64,000 nucleotides of DNA, taken from assembly GCA_965216875.1 (NCBI GenBank), contig OZ244207.1:4448001-4512000 (forward strand), given 5' to 3'. The translations under genes were made by a program, and so were the position numbers. Source of the DNA: Rubripirellula sp. Its GTDB lineage: Bacteria > Planctomycetota > Planctomycetia > Pirellulales > Pirellulaceae. This document shows, in pieces, positions 39,873-49,030 of this stretch. Each line of letters begins with the position of its first letter. The first letter of the stretch is position 1. Below the pieces are notes generated by a model that saw nothing but the letters and a program-made list of their open reading frames with translations, did no database searches and was not told where the DNA came from.

Positions 39873-41282
39873 ATGATTCACCGAAACACAACGCCCCAAC
39901 CAGCCAAATCGCTGCCACGTGTTTTTGCTCGATTGGTCGCAACCTGGTTGGGTCTCGCACTGCTCACCCCAAACCTGATTGCCGATTCACCGAAGGATGA
40001 CGCTCGCCCGAATATCGTTTTCATCTTGGCCGACGATCTTGGTTACGGCGATCTCGGTTGCTACGGACATCCTGATGCCAAGACACCGCGGATTGATCAA
40101 CTCGCCGCGGAGGGTGTTCGCTTTACTCAGCATTATTCCAATGGCCCCGAATGCAGCCCAACGCGGACCGCTTTCTTGACGGGACGATATCAACAGAGCC
40201 TGCTCGGACTCGAATGTGCCATCGGCACCGGCAACGTGGGTCGCTACGACGACGCGATCAAACTCGCCAATGAACGGAATCTAGGCTTGGCCGCAGAAGC
40301 GACCGTCATCCCTGGACAATTAAAAAAGTCGGGATACGCCTGTGGCATCTTTGGAAAATGGCACCTCGGTTACGAACCACACTTCAATCCGATGATACAC
40401 GGCTGGGATTCGTTCTTCGGATACCTCGGCGGCAACGTCCACTACTTCAATCATCGGGAAACGAGTGACCTGCACGTTTTGTTCGATGGTGTGCTGCCGG
40501 TTCATCGCGAAGGCTACATGACCAAGCTGATCACAGACGCTTCGATCGAGTTCATTGAAAACGAAAGCGGTCCTTTCTTTCTTTATGTTGCCCACGAATG
40601 CCCCCACTTCCCGTACCAGGGTCCAGACGACGAGAACAAAGTGGTCAACGCCGACAACTGGATGGAAGTTGATCAGCGAGCCTACGTTGCCATGCTTGAA
40701 AACCTCGATTCGGAAGTTGGCCGCATCCTCGATTGCCTCGACCAAAAAGGCCTTTCGAAAAACACAATCGTTGTCTTTGCCTCCGACAACGGCGGCTTTG
40801 CCGGAGCCGCAAACATGAAACCGCTCTCGGGGGCCAAGGGCACAACCATGGAAGGCGGGATTCGAGTACCGCTGGTCGTCCGCTGGCCTGGGCAGATCTC
40901 TCCGAGCGTCAGTGATCAGGTTTCGCTGACTTTTGATTTGACCAAGTCATTCCTGAACCTTGCTGGCGCCGACACGAACACGCTGGCCCTCGATGGCATC
41001 GACATCCTCTCACACGTGGCAAACCGAGACCAAGATGTTGACCGCACTCTCTTTTGGCGCGGCAAGCGAGGCACGAAAGTGTGGTCCGCCGCGCGGGATG
41101 GCGACATGAAACTGGTGCGAAAACTTCAAAACGGCAAGCGAGAAGAGTCGCTCTTTGATCTGTCCACCGACATCAGCGAATCAAACAACCTGATCGACTC
41201 CAGCGCCAACACCGCCGCCAAACTCCGTGCCAGCCTTGACCAATGGGAATCCGACATGGCGGAACGCAGTAAGGCTCTATAA
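39873..41282 (+). CDS. Sulfatase (formylglycine-dependent)
   Basis: PNIVFILADDLG, CSPTRTAFLTG, GKWHLG, SDNGG, EGGIRVP. Confidence 0.95.
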   Translation: MIHRNTTPQPAKSLPRVFARLVATWLGLALLTPNLIADSPKDDARPNIVFILADDLGYGDLGCYGHPDAKTPRIDQLAAEGVRFTQHYSNGPECSPTRTAFLTGRYQQSLLGLECAIGTGNVGRYDDAIKLANERNLGLAAEATVIPGQLKKSGYACGIFGKWHLGYEPHFNPMIHGWDSFFGYLGGNVHYFNHRETSDLHVLFDGVLPVHREGYMTKLITDASIEFIENESGPFFLYVAHECPHFPYQGPDDENKVVNADNWMEVDQRAYVAMLENLDSEVGRILDCLDQKGLSKNTIVVFASDNGGFAGAANMKPLSGAKGTTMEGGIRVPLVVRWPGQISPSVSDQVSLTFDLTKSFLNLAGADTNTLALDGIDILSHVANRDQDVDRTLFWRGKRGTKVWSAARDGDMKLVRKLQNGKREESLFDLSTDISESNNLIDSSANTAAKLRASLDQWESDMAERSKAL

Positions 41283-41419
41283 ATCCCGTCAAGGTTTCGC
41301 CAGCAGGCCTTGAGTTTGCCGCGAGCAAATGGCGATCCGTGGTTCACTCTTCGTCGCAACGTTGTTGGATCGAGAGCAAACCACGGATTGATTGAATCGC
41401 ACGAATAAGATTGCGCCTC

Positions 41420-42229
41420 CTAGCTTCGTTTGAAGGCGATGCCGCTTGACGCCGCTCCGTCGAGCTTGAAGGTGAACTGGTTGGCTGCACCCGTCCAGCT
41501 TCCGGCCATCTTTTGAAGATCGTTCGAACGCACCAATGTCAATTGACCGCCAGCGAGTCGAAATTGTCCTTGGAACATGCTCGACTTTCCCGCTCGATTG
41601 GCGGTCCACACAAAGCTGCCGTCCGCATTCAATTGCAGTTGAACGGACTGGTTGCCCGGCAGCGATGCCGTCCAGCGACCGACGTGATCGGCAGCCAGCT
41701 GCTGTTGAGATGCACTGACCTGTGCGCCCTGAGCGTTTGCTTGAATGCTTGGCGTTTGAGGGGCGGCCGCGTTGCTTTGTGAACTCTGACCACCCGACAT
41801 CGAAACGAGCAGTTGCAAAGCCGATGTCTCTGCGTTCGAAGCACTCACGGTTGACGGCTGAGCTGCCGGTGCTGGCGAAGGCGATTGCAATTTCTTTGGC
41901 GTTGAAACGGTTGCTGACGATTGACCGATTTGCCCAGCATTCGGTACGCCACCGGGTACTGGCATTCCAATTTGGCCGTGCACAGGTGCGACGCCATTGA
42001 TGGGCGGGGCGACAACGGGAGCGATCGCAGGTGGTTCATTGCAAATGGGCCTTTGCGGTGCGATGTAGACCGGTTGTCTCGCAACCGGATAGTGGCCGCG
42101 ACTCACCGAAACGAAAGACCGTCCACCGCGACCTCCGCACGCCGTCGCAGGGACGGTACAAGAAACACTGACTGCGATCGAGGCGGCGGCGAAAAACAAC
42201 TGTTTGATGCGACGTTTCATGGTTCTCAT
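41420..42229 (-). CDS. Secreted Pro/Gln-rich protein with C-terminal beta-barrel-like domain
   Basis: Signal peptide ending ATA-CGGRGG; low-complexity middle; VGRWTA...LNADGSFVW...G.F.L.GGQLTL domain. Confidence 0.8.
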   Translation of the reverse strand: MRTMKRRIKQLFFAAASIAVSVSCTVPATACGGRGGRSFVSVSRGHYPVARQPVYIAPQRPICNEPPAIAPVVAPPINGVAPVHGQIGMPVPGGVPNAGQIGQSSATVSTPKKLQSPSPAPAAQPSTVSASNAETSALQLLVSMSGGQSSQSNAAAPQTPSIQANAQGAQVSASQQQLAADHVGRWTASLPGNQSVQLQLNADGSFVWTANRAGKSSMFQGQFRLAGGQLTLVRSNDLQKMAGSWTGAANQFTFKLDGAASSGIAFKRS

Positions 42230-42308
42230 TCCTGATCATTGGGATGCGATGGAAGGGTCTGTTTCGTGATGCGATCGTCTCGAGTTGTTGACGCCGCTCT
42301 CTGAATCA

Positions 42309-42337
42309 CCAAGCGAAACGAAATTCGCTTCGTTACA
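42309..42337 (-). promoter_or_regulatory. ECF-type promoter motif copy 1 (TGTAAC-N16-CGCTTGG)
   Basis: Minus strand TGTAAC gaagcgaatttcgttt CGCTTGG, about 80 nt upstream of the start at 42229. Confidence 0.85.
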
Positions 42338-42369
42338 CATAAATCCGACAATTTGAAACATGTCGGGCA

Positions 42370-43572
42370 TCAATCAGCCAACCAAGCAGCCAACGTATCG
42401 GTCGACGACTGCGTTTCCTTTTTCGGATTCAACTCTTTGCTCATGGCGCCGGCGATGCGGGCGACGTAGTCGATGGTCCCTTTGAGTGCTTCGTCGGGGG
42501 CAGTCGCGTCGAGCTTGGCAACATAGATGACCATGTGCTCGCCGCTTGACGTCTTTTCGATCGCCCAACCACCAATCTTGGTCGCTGCACTTTGGCGAAG
42601 GAGGCGATTCATCAGCTCGACTTTCGGAGCCTCCTTGCTGACCAAGACGAGCGACCAGATCTTGCGAACATCGGCTCGCTGGAAGTATTCGGTGTCTTTG
42701 GCAACAAAGACCGACTGTGTGCGGCCACCCGAGAGCGACTGCTTGATTTCGTAGTGTCCCGTGTCGTGCGTCTCGTGCTCGATTTCGGCGTTGTCCAAGA
42801 GTTCCTTGGTTGGCAGCGGCGCGGGCTTCCACGAGCTCGCCAAGAACGCTTTGATTTCTGCGATATCGACGCAGTAGCTTACGAGGGCACTTTGCGGAGA
42901 AAACGACTGAGCGATCGCAATCAATTCACCTTCTGCGTTGACGACGGGCCCGCCGCTGTCACCAGGTTTGATCGGGCTCTGAGTCTCGACGACGCGGAAA
43001 TCATATTCACCGTGGTTTGATTTGAACTTTTTGTCGTAAACCGAACGGACGCGACCCGATGTGTAGACCCAAAGCACGTCGCTGCCGCCCGGGTTTCCAA
43101 TCAAATCGACTTTCGATCCAGGTTTGGTACTCGAATCGGCCAGCTCAATTGCCTTGCCGTTCTTGGGCGACTTTGGCAGCTGGATGAGCGCCAGGTCACG
43201 TTTGCGATCGATCGCCACGACCTTTCCAGGTTGGGCCAGTTTGACCACGTTCGACAAATAGTGCTTTCGCTTGACCGCTGCCGTCCCGTCGGTCACGTCG
43301 GGGAAGAATACGACGGCCGAACGGCTATCACCGACGACGTGGGCGTTGGTGAGCACCAGACGTTTTTCGCCGTCGACGTAGACGCCCGTTCCGGTCGACG
43401 TTTTGTCGTCAGCGTCACTCGTGATGATCCATGCCGTTGATGCCAACGTCTCGGAGTAGTTGTCGGCATCAGCGTGGGCCGATTGAGCCGACAACGTCAG
43501 CAGTGCTGCGGCCGAGAAAGCAAAGAATACCGACTTCAATTTCGCGATCATGCTGGTACCAGAAAGGGACAT
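42370..43572 (-). CDS. Secreted trypsin-like (S1) serine protease with C-terminal YbjN/CesT-like domain
   Basis: Signal peptide; TNAHVV, DLALI, GDSGGP triad; C-terminal alpha/beta domain (GRTQSVFV...RLLRQS...IGGW). Confidence 0.9.
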   Translation of the reverse strand: MSLSGTSMIAKLKSVFFAFSAAALLTLSAQSAHADADNYSETLASTAWIITSDADDKTSTGTGVYVDGEKRLVLTNAHVVGDSRSAVVFFPDVTDGTAAVKRKHYLSNVVKLAQPGKVVAIDRKRDLALIQLPKSPKNGKAIELADSSTKPGSKVDLIGNPGGSDVLWVYTSGRVRSVYDKKFKSNHGEYDFRVVETQSPIKPGDSGGPVVNAEGELIAIAQSFSPQSALVSYCVDIAEIKAFLASSWKPAPLPTKELLDNAEIEHETHDTGHYEIKQSLSGGRTQSVFVAKDTEYFQRADVRKIWSLVLVSKEAPKVELMNRLLRQSAATKIGGWAIEKTSSGEHMVIYVAKLDATAPDEALKGTIDYVARIAGAMSKELNPKKETQSSTDTLAAWLAD

Positions 43573-43636
43573 GGTTCACCTCGTTTTCGGCGCGGCCGGT
43601 GTCGGTCCGCATGGGAATGGGTTTGGCTCTAAGTCA

Positions 43637-43665
43637 CCAAGCGGGAAGCTGCCCAGGTTGTTACA
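43637..43665 (-). promoter_or_regulatory. ECF-type promoter motif copy 2
   Basis: Minus strand TGTAAC aacctgggcagcttcc CGCTTGG, about 65 nt upstream of the start at 43572; upstream A-tract. Confidence 0.85.
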
Positions 43666-43737
43666 GATCGCCTGAGCTTTTTTTTGAGAGCATTGGGAGA
43701 TGGGCTGTGAGCTAAGAACACATAAGCGGCCGCGCCG

Positions 43738-43803
43738 CGTTTGTAGTCCCGAGCTTTTGCCGGAATCTTGAGGCTCTTCCGCCTAAAGGCGGTACTACGA
43801 ACG
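43738..43803. repeat. GTAG-type REP-like inverted pair
   Basis: CGTTTGTAGTCCCGAGCTTTTGCCGGAA...TTCCGCCTAAAGGCGGTACTACGAACG. Confidence 0.75.
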
Positions 43804-43822
43804 GTGCGTGCAGAGCCCAATC

Positions 43823-44710
43823 TCAGCCAGCTTTCTTGAAGTTGAGCGTCATTGCGGTGCCGCCCTGAGCGTTCTTGATCTGCAGCTCGAAGGCGTCCTC
43901 TGGCGACTGATCGAATGTGCAGTCGAGAGTCACGTCGCCGTCACCAACGAGTTTCAATTGGTTGCCTGAGCGAACGACTCTCCCCTTCGAAACGGTCGAC
44001 TTGCCAGCTTTCACGTGGACCAATTGAAACCGAGCGTCGGCGGCGATCTGAATCGCGAAGGCTTCGTTGTTGGCCAACGACGCCGACCAACGTCCTGACA
44101 GCGAAGCGATGCTGGTCGAACGAGCGTTTGCCGCGGGCGACGCGGACCACAGATTGGCCTGTTTTTCAGCAAGCTGGGCCATGGCGTGCAGTTCGCTTTT
44201 CAGCCCGCTCGCGGTGACGGAACGATTCGAGATCGACGCGCGCACTTGCAGTGTTTTTGCGTTGGGATCATAGGCGAACGACCGCCCCTGATGATCGCCC
44301 GCAGCGAGGAGTTGAAGCAACGTTTGATTGCTCAATTGCGTGTCGCCGTCAATCTTGGCGAGTGTTAATCGACAGTCGAGCCGATCACGGTCGACGTCCA
44401 CGGCAATCGATGCGGGAAATTTCCAACTTGAGTGGGCCAGCGTGAGGGTGGCGTGATGATCCGAATCCTTCGCCTCCAAATTGGCCGTATTCAAGGTTTC
44501 GACAAGCGACGGAACGCTGGTGACGCGATCGACCGAGCCTGACACGTTTTTCGAAGCAACCGGGCTCACGTCGTCTGATTCTGACTCAGTAGTCGCATTC
44601 GACGCTTGAAAAACCGACTCCATCGCCACTTCGGAAAACAGCTCGTCTGCCTTCACTGGGGCCACGGACGCGAAGCTGATGAGCACAGTAAGAAGGGCTG
44701 AATGACGCAC
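43823..44710 (-). CDS. Secreted protein with YbjN/CesT-like domain and C-terminal domain paralogous to that of 41420..42229
   Basis: Signal peptide ending VKA-DE; LLQLLAA...FAYDP..KTLQVR.SISNRSVT; LSGRWSASL...GKS...G...SGNQLKLV...FKKAG. Confidence 0.8.
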   Translation of the reverse strand: MRHSALLTVLISFASVAPVKADELFSEVAMESVFQASNATTESESDDVSPVASKNVSGSVDRVTSVPSLVETLNTANLEAKDSDHHATLTLAHSSWKFPASIAVDVDRDRLDCRLTLAKIDGDTQLSNQTLLQLLAAGDHQGRSFAYDPNAKTLQVRASISNRSVTASGLKSELHAMAQLAEKQANLWSASPAANARSTSIASLSGRWSASLANNEAFAIQIAADARFQLVHVKAGKSTVSKGRVVRSGNQLKLVGDGDVTLDCTFDQSPEDAFELQIKNAQGGTAMTLNFKKAG

Positions 44711-44766
44711 GATTTGGCTCCGATTTGGGTGTGCAATCGACGGAAAGGGTCTGTTTGAGTGCTATT

Positions 44767-44795
44767 CCAAGCGGAGCTCGGGTGAGAACGTTACA
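44767..44795 (-). promoter_or_regulatory. ECF-type promoter motif copy 3
   Basis: Minus strand TGTAAC gttctcacccgagctc CGCTTGG, about 57 nt upstream of the start at 44710; upstream A-tract. Confidence 0.85.
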
Positions 44796-44850
44796 GGTTG
44801 TGTGCGTTTTTTTTCGCCCGTGAGCTGTCAGGCCTTGGGCCACACGCTTG

Positions 44851-45023
44851 CGCACCTTTCGCAGTAAAGCCTTTAGGCGGCGGGCAAAAAGATTCCGGCT
44901 AAAGCTCGGGACTACAAACGGCGGCCGGTCGCGCTCACGCATTCACGGCTCACGCACCGTTCGTAATAAAGCCTTTAGGCGGCGGGCAAGAAGATTCCAG
45001 CTAAAGCTCGGGACTACAAACGG
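44851..45023. repeat. Two tandem REP-like units of about 70 bp (102-bp period)
   Basis: CGCACC..TAAAGCCTTTAGGCGGCGGGCAA.AAGATTCC.GCTAAAGCTCGGGACTACAAACGG at 44851 and 44953. Confidence 0.85.
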
Positions 45024-45052
45024 GCAACAGAAAAATTGTTTTTGCAATTCTC

Positions 45053-45080
45053 GTAACAAACTCCGCGGGCTCTCGCTTGG
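45053..45080 (+). promoter_or_regulatory. ECF-type promoter motif copy 4
   Basis: GTAAC aaactccgcgggctct CGCTTGG, 90 nt upstream of ATG 45171. Confidence 0.85.
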
Positions 45081-45170
45081 CTACTCAGTCACGAAACGAA
45101 CGGGAACGACGAGACGCGGCAACTCACGCTTCCTTCCACTTTCAAACTGCCGTCTTTGGAGAACGAAACG

Positions 45171-45575
45171 ATGTTGAAGAAGATCCTTTTTGCAGTCGCA
45201 CCGATGATGTTGATCGCAAGCTCCGCCATGGCTGACGACAACCTGTTGGCAGCCGTCGCCAAGATGGACCTCGACTCGGCAAACGGTGCTTCGGTCGCAA
45301 CGATCGATGACGATGACTTGGGGCAAGCGGATGTCGATGCCTTGCTGGGCAACGACGAAGTGAGCGAAGAGGAAGCGATTGCAGCTTGCTTCCGTCGCGT
45401 CGGTTACGGCTACCGATATCGCGGCTGGGGTTACAGCAGCTACCGTTCATGCTACCGGTCGTACAGTTGCTTTCCTTCCTACAACTACTGCTACCGTCCA
45501 GTGAGCTACAGCTACTGCACGCCGACCTACACCCGCTACGCCCCAATCTACACCGGCTACTGGGGTTGCTGGTAA
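45171..45575 (+). CDS. Secreted prepropeptide-like protein: signal, acidic pro-region, Tyr/Cys/Arg-rich core
   Basis: GGAGAA RBS; MLKKILF...SSAMA signal; D/E-rich segment; CFRRVGYGYRY...GYWGCW tail. Confidence 0.85.
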   Translation: MLKKILFAVAPMMLIASSAMADDNLLAAVAKMDLDSANGASVATIDDDDLGQADVDALLGNDEVSEEEAIAACFRRVGYGYRYRGWGYSSYRSCYRSYSCFPSYNYCYRPVSYSYCTPTYTRYAPIYTGYWGCW

Positions 45576-45678
45576 GTCGCTGATGCGAATCGTTGCGGGC
45601 ACTCGAGAGCCCAACCTCTCAAGTGCCCAACCTCTCAAGTATCCGGCACCGACACAACTCGATGCTCTATCGCCCAAC

Positions 45679-45718
45679 GCCCGGCTCCACGTTTGATCGT
45701 GGTCGCCGGGCTTTTTTT
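45679..45718 (+). terminator. Intrinsic terminator-like hairpin after the peptide gene
   Basis: GCCCGGC-tCCACG-tttgat-CGTGG-tc-GCCGGGC followed by T7. Confidence 0.7.
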
Positions 45719-45761
45719 CGACACTCCCAAACCAATTGAAATCCAAGAAAAAGGTCCTCCG

Positions 45762-46550
45762 ATGAACCGCACCCGTCTCATGCAATGTTTGCTTGCCACA
45801 GGTTTCGTGATTTCTGCGAGCCTGAACGTCCCCGCTCAGCAGATTAGCCCCGCACAGCAGATTAGCACCTCTGAAGTCCTGCACCGTACGAATCGATGCG
45901 ATCACGTGATTGCGTTGATCCACCGACACGGCGTCAACAACAGCGTCAACCGAGCTGTTGGCAACGCAATGATTCACCATGCTGCTTTCGGCGGCATCGT
46001 TGTTGATGAATCCGACGTTGGTGACTTGCAACTCGCGGGAGTCAACCAGATCGTCGACCAAGACTCGACATGCGGGCCCAAGTTTGCCGTCCTGATTCGC
46101 AACCAAAGCAACCGAGTGGTCAGCAACTTTCGCCTCTCCGCCGTCGGCACCCTCGGTCGCATCTCGCCCTTTTCGCCAAGCACAACGATCACGGTGGGAG
46201 CCATCGGCGCTGGCGAAACGTTGCAGGTCGAGATCACTCTGCCGCTCGAAGCACTGGCGATGGGTAACCGTAATGGCCAGATCATCGGTCTGCAGCGATT
46301 GGTGATTGCCATCGACAGTTTCGACGAATTGGCGGAAACGAACGAAGCGAATAACCTGCATGCGTTCAACCTTGCACAGATCCCAACGCTGACGCTTCCC
46401 GTCGAAACAACGTCGGTATCAACGACTGAAGTGCAAGTCGATGCACCGACAACGCAGGTACCGGCGACGGAGCCGACCACTCAAACCGACCGACTGCGTT
46501 CCGCCATCGAGAAACTCGCCGTCGAGCAAACGGGCGGGGCGGTGAATTGA
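45762..46550 (+). CDS. Secreted CARDB/Ig-like domain protein
   Basis: Signal-like N-terminus from ATG 45762; GDLQL...VLIRNQS...IGAGET...AIDSFDELAETNEANN CARDB-type signature. Confidence 0.8.
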   Translation: MNRTRLMQCLLATGFVISASLNVPAQQISPAQQISTSEVLHRTNRCDHVIALIHRHGVNNSVNRAVGNAMIHHAAFGGIVVDESDVGDLQLAGVNQIVDQDSTCGPKFAVLIRNQSNRVVSNFRLSAVGTLGRISPFSPSTTITVGAIGAGETLQVEITLPLEALAMGNRNGQIIGLQRLVIAIDSFDELAETNEANNLHAFNLAQIPTLTLPVETTSVSTTEVQVDAPTTQVPATEPTTQTDRLRSAIEKLAVEQTGGAVN

Positions 46551-46600
46551 GAAGGTCGAAAAGCTCAAGTACGATTTGTGCCGCCTTCGGGCGGCGGGAT

Positions 46601-48862
46601 CTATTCGCTTTCGACGGGAACGTCTGATCCGCGTGTCGACAAGACTTCAGCCATTCGATCCCATCGATGAGTGATCTGCAAGAATGCCAAGAACGACGCG
46701 ATCAACCCGACCACTCCCGCCGCAATCGCGGTCAGCATGAACCCGCGGGCTTGGCTTTGACTGGAAATGATCAAAGCGGCGCCGAGCTGCGGAATGATCG
46801 CGGCAAACAGCAAGTAGACTTGGCTGCGGCGAAACATTTTTCGACGGCGTTTGTCAAAGTCATCGTCCTGCATCGAACCACCGACCAAGTGGGGGTAGTA
46901 GACCAACGTTGAAACCAGGGCGAGACCAAAGAATGGATAGATCATCGCGACACTGCCGCAGATCAACAGCGAAATGAAGAAGTGCGCGGCCTGAGCAGCG
47001 GTAAAGTCGGGATACATCGTCCAGAGAGCGAGTGGATAGATCAATCCAGCGGCCATCCAAAACGAACCCCCGATCACCGCCGCGCGATGCCCCAAGTTGA
47101 GCGTATCGTCGATGTTTTGACTCGAGACACGTTCACCGCGATTGGCCAATCGTATGCCGCGCACCATCCCCGAAGCGAACCACACCATGACGGGAATCGC
47201 CAACGGATAGGCCACCAAGTTGACGCAAATTGCGATCTTGTTCAGGCCATCGCGCATCTCACTGTCGAGAATCTCTTGATGGTTGTAGTCATAGTTGAAG
47301 ACGCCGCCAGCGATGTTCGGCAGTAGGATTGCCGCAACTGCGACAAGCCATGGCGACACCTTGGCCAAACGGGCGACCATCGAGTCTTCGGCCGGATCAA
47401 ACAGCTCGGCTGCCTCGGGATGCAACGCGAGACTCAGCCGCGCCGCCATTTGTGCGCCACTTTGCGGCCGATCTTCAACGGAGACCGACAATGCACCGCG
47501 AAGCGTTTTTTCCAACACGCGTTCCGACGCCGTGCCAGTTCGAACCGGCTCCAATAGCGGCAACTCTCTTGCCGCCAGTTGGCCTTGCACCGCATCGCCC
47601 CAAGAATCGACACCTTGCCGACACGCAAAGGGCCGTTGCCCCTGCCACAACTCCCAAAGCAAAACGGCAAGGGAATACAAGTCCGCGGCTTCGGCGACTT
47701 CGGCGGGTTGTTCAAGCCATTGGGCGCTGATCGCGCGCAAGTGTTCGGGGGCCATGTAGCCAATGGAACCACCAAACGAGGTCGCCGCGCCTGCCCTGCC
47801 TGCCGCCCCAGCAAAACTGACATTGAAGTCGGCAAGCTTCGGAGTCCCTTCTGCAGTCAACAAGACGTTTGCTGGTTTGACATCGCGATGCAGAACACCT
47901 TGGTCATGAGCAGCGTCCAAAGCGCGCGCCAATTGCATTCCGATCCACGCGACAACCGTCGGCCAGCCTGCCATTGCAATCCAATCGCGAATCGGCGAGC
48001 GGTCCGGGACGGCCTGGGCAGTGCCAAGCAAATTGCGATCGATGGTATCAAGTAAAACGTCACGCGGTGTTCCCGAGGGATGTTGGCGTAAGCTTTTGAC
48101 GACATCCGCCAACGTACCTCCAGGATGGAATTGCATGTAAAGCAAATGCAACGGCGGCTCTTCAATCGCCCGTTGGTCAAACACCCGCACGATGTTTGGA
48201 TGGTCAAACTGAGCCAGTGCGCGCGGTTCGTCACCGCTGCCCAAGGACACTTTCAATGCCACCAATCGATGCATTGATACTTGGCGAGCCAAATAGACGT
48301 GAGCAAACGCGCCCTGGCCAAGTTTTTGGATGATCAAAAAATCGTCGCATTGACTTCCGACGACCAACTCGGGCGGAGCACCGCGTTGCTCGACAGCCGC
48401 AGTCGCCTCGGCTGTTCCGATCAATTGTGCGAACATCCCTTCGAACTGAGGGAAACGGTCGCAATACTCCTCGCGCTTCGGCAGGTCACCCGATTCTTTC
48501 CGAAGCTGAATCTCTTCCATCACCAAATCGATCGGAATGGCGTCTTTTGACAACCACTCTGGCAACGCGTCGACGTAGCGTTCAATCCGATGTTGTTTGC
48601 CCGCCTCGGCCGACATCGCCAAGTCCATCTTGATCAGCTCGACCAACACGTACCGAGCGTCCGAGGGCTCGATCGGAGGCAGTATTTCACCGAGCTGGCG
48701 CGGGTCGTCAGTCGGTCCACACTCAATCAAACGTTCGAGACACTCAGCGATAACGTCATCGACGTCAACGTTGGCGATGTCCTCTGCAGCATCGGCTTCG
48801 TTTTGCTCGCGCTGCGGGCGATCCCACGAGTCGTCGTCTCGATCAAGCGGCGTGGGCGACAT
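46601..48862 (-). CDS. Ser/Thr protein kinase with multi-TM C-terminal domain
   Basis: GQGAFA, VALKVS, HRDVKPAN, DFN, GGSIGYMAPEH, DLYSL; about 6 C-terminal TM helices. Confidence 0.92.
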   Translation of the reverse strand: MSPTPLDRDDDSWDRPQREQNEADAAEDIANVDVDDVIAECLERLIECGPTDDPRQLGEILPPIEPSDARYVLVELIKMDLAMSAEAGKQHRIERYVDALPEWLSKDAIPIDLVMEEIQLRKESGDLPKREEYCDRFPQFEGMFAQLIGTAEATAAVEQRGAPPELVVGSQCDDFLIIQKLGQGAFAHVYLARQVSMHRLVALKVSLGSGDEPRALAQFDHPNIVRVFDQRAIEEPPLHLLYMQFHPGGTLADVVKSLRQHPSGTPRDVLLDTIDRNLLGTAQAVPDRSPIRDWIAMAGWPTVVAWIGMQLARALDAAHDQGVLHRDVKPANVLLTAEGTPKLADFNVSFAGAAGRAGAATSFGGSIGYMAPEHLRAISAQWLEQPAEVAEAADLYSLAVLLWELWQGQRPFACRQGVDSWGDAVQGQLAARELPLLEPVRTGTASERVLEKTLRGALSVSVEDRPQSGAQMAARLSLALHPEAAELFDPAEDSMVARLAKVSPWLVAVAAILLPNIAGGVFNYDYNHQEILDSEMRDGLNKIAICVNLVAYPLAIPVMVWFASGMVRGIRLANRGERVSSQNIDDTLNLGHRAAVIGGSFWMAAGLIYPLALWTMYPDFTAAQAAHFFISLLICGSVAMIYPFFGLALVSTLVYYPHLVGGSMQDDDFDKRRRKMFRRSQVYLLFAAIIPQLGAALIISSQSQARGFMLTAIAAGVVGLIASFLAFLQITHRWDRMAEVLSTRGSDVPVESE

Positions 48863-49030
48863 GCAGTGAACTTAGAAGACGACGTACAAAGGGTCTTCGA
48901 TTGCGAAGCAAAACCTGCCCCGATCGCGCAAACCTTGTCCTGATCGAAACGACCCTGCGAACCAACAGCGTTTACTGTAGATTGGAGGGCTGTCTCCGAC
49001 TACCTCGCTCTCTCAACGCGCAGCAGTACG

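Noticed and set aside
45447..46361. 304-aa minus-strand ORF
   Set aside because: Antisense to the CARDB-like gene, which has the recognisable signature and signal peptide
48863..49030. Autoregulatory GTAAC-N16-CGCTTGG copy upstream of the ECF or kinase
   Set aside because: Looked for on both strands and not found, so the link between this sigma and the motif rests on proximity only
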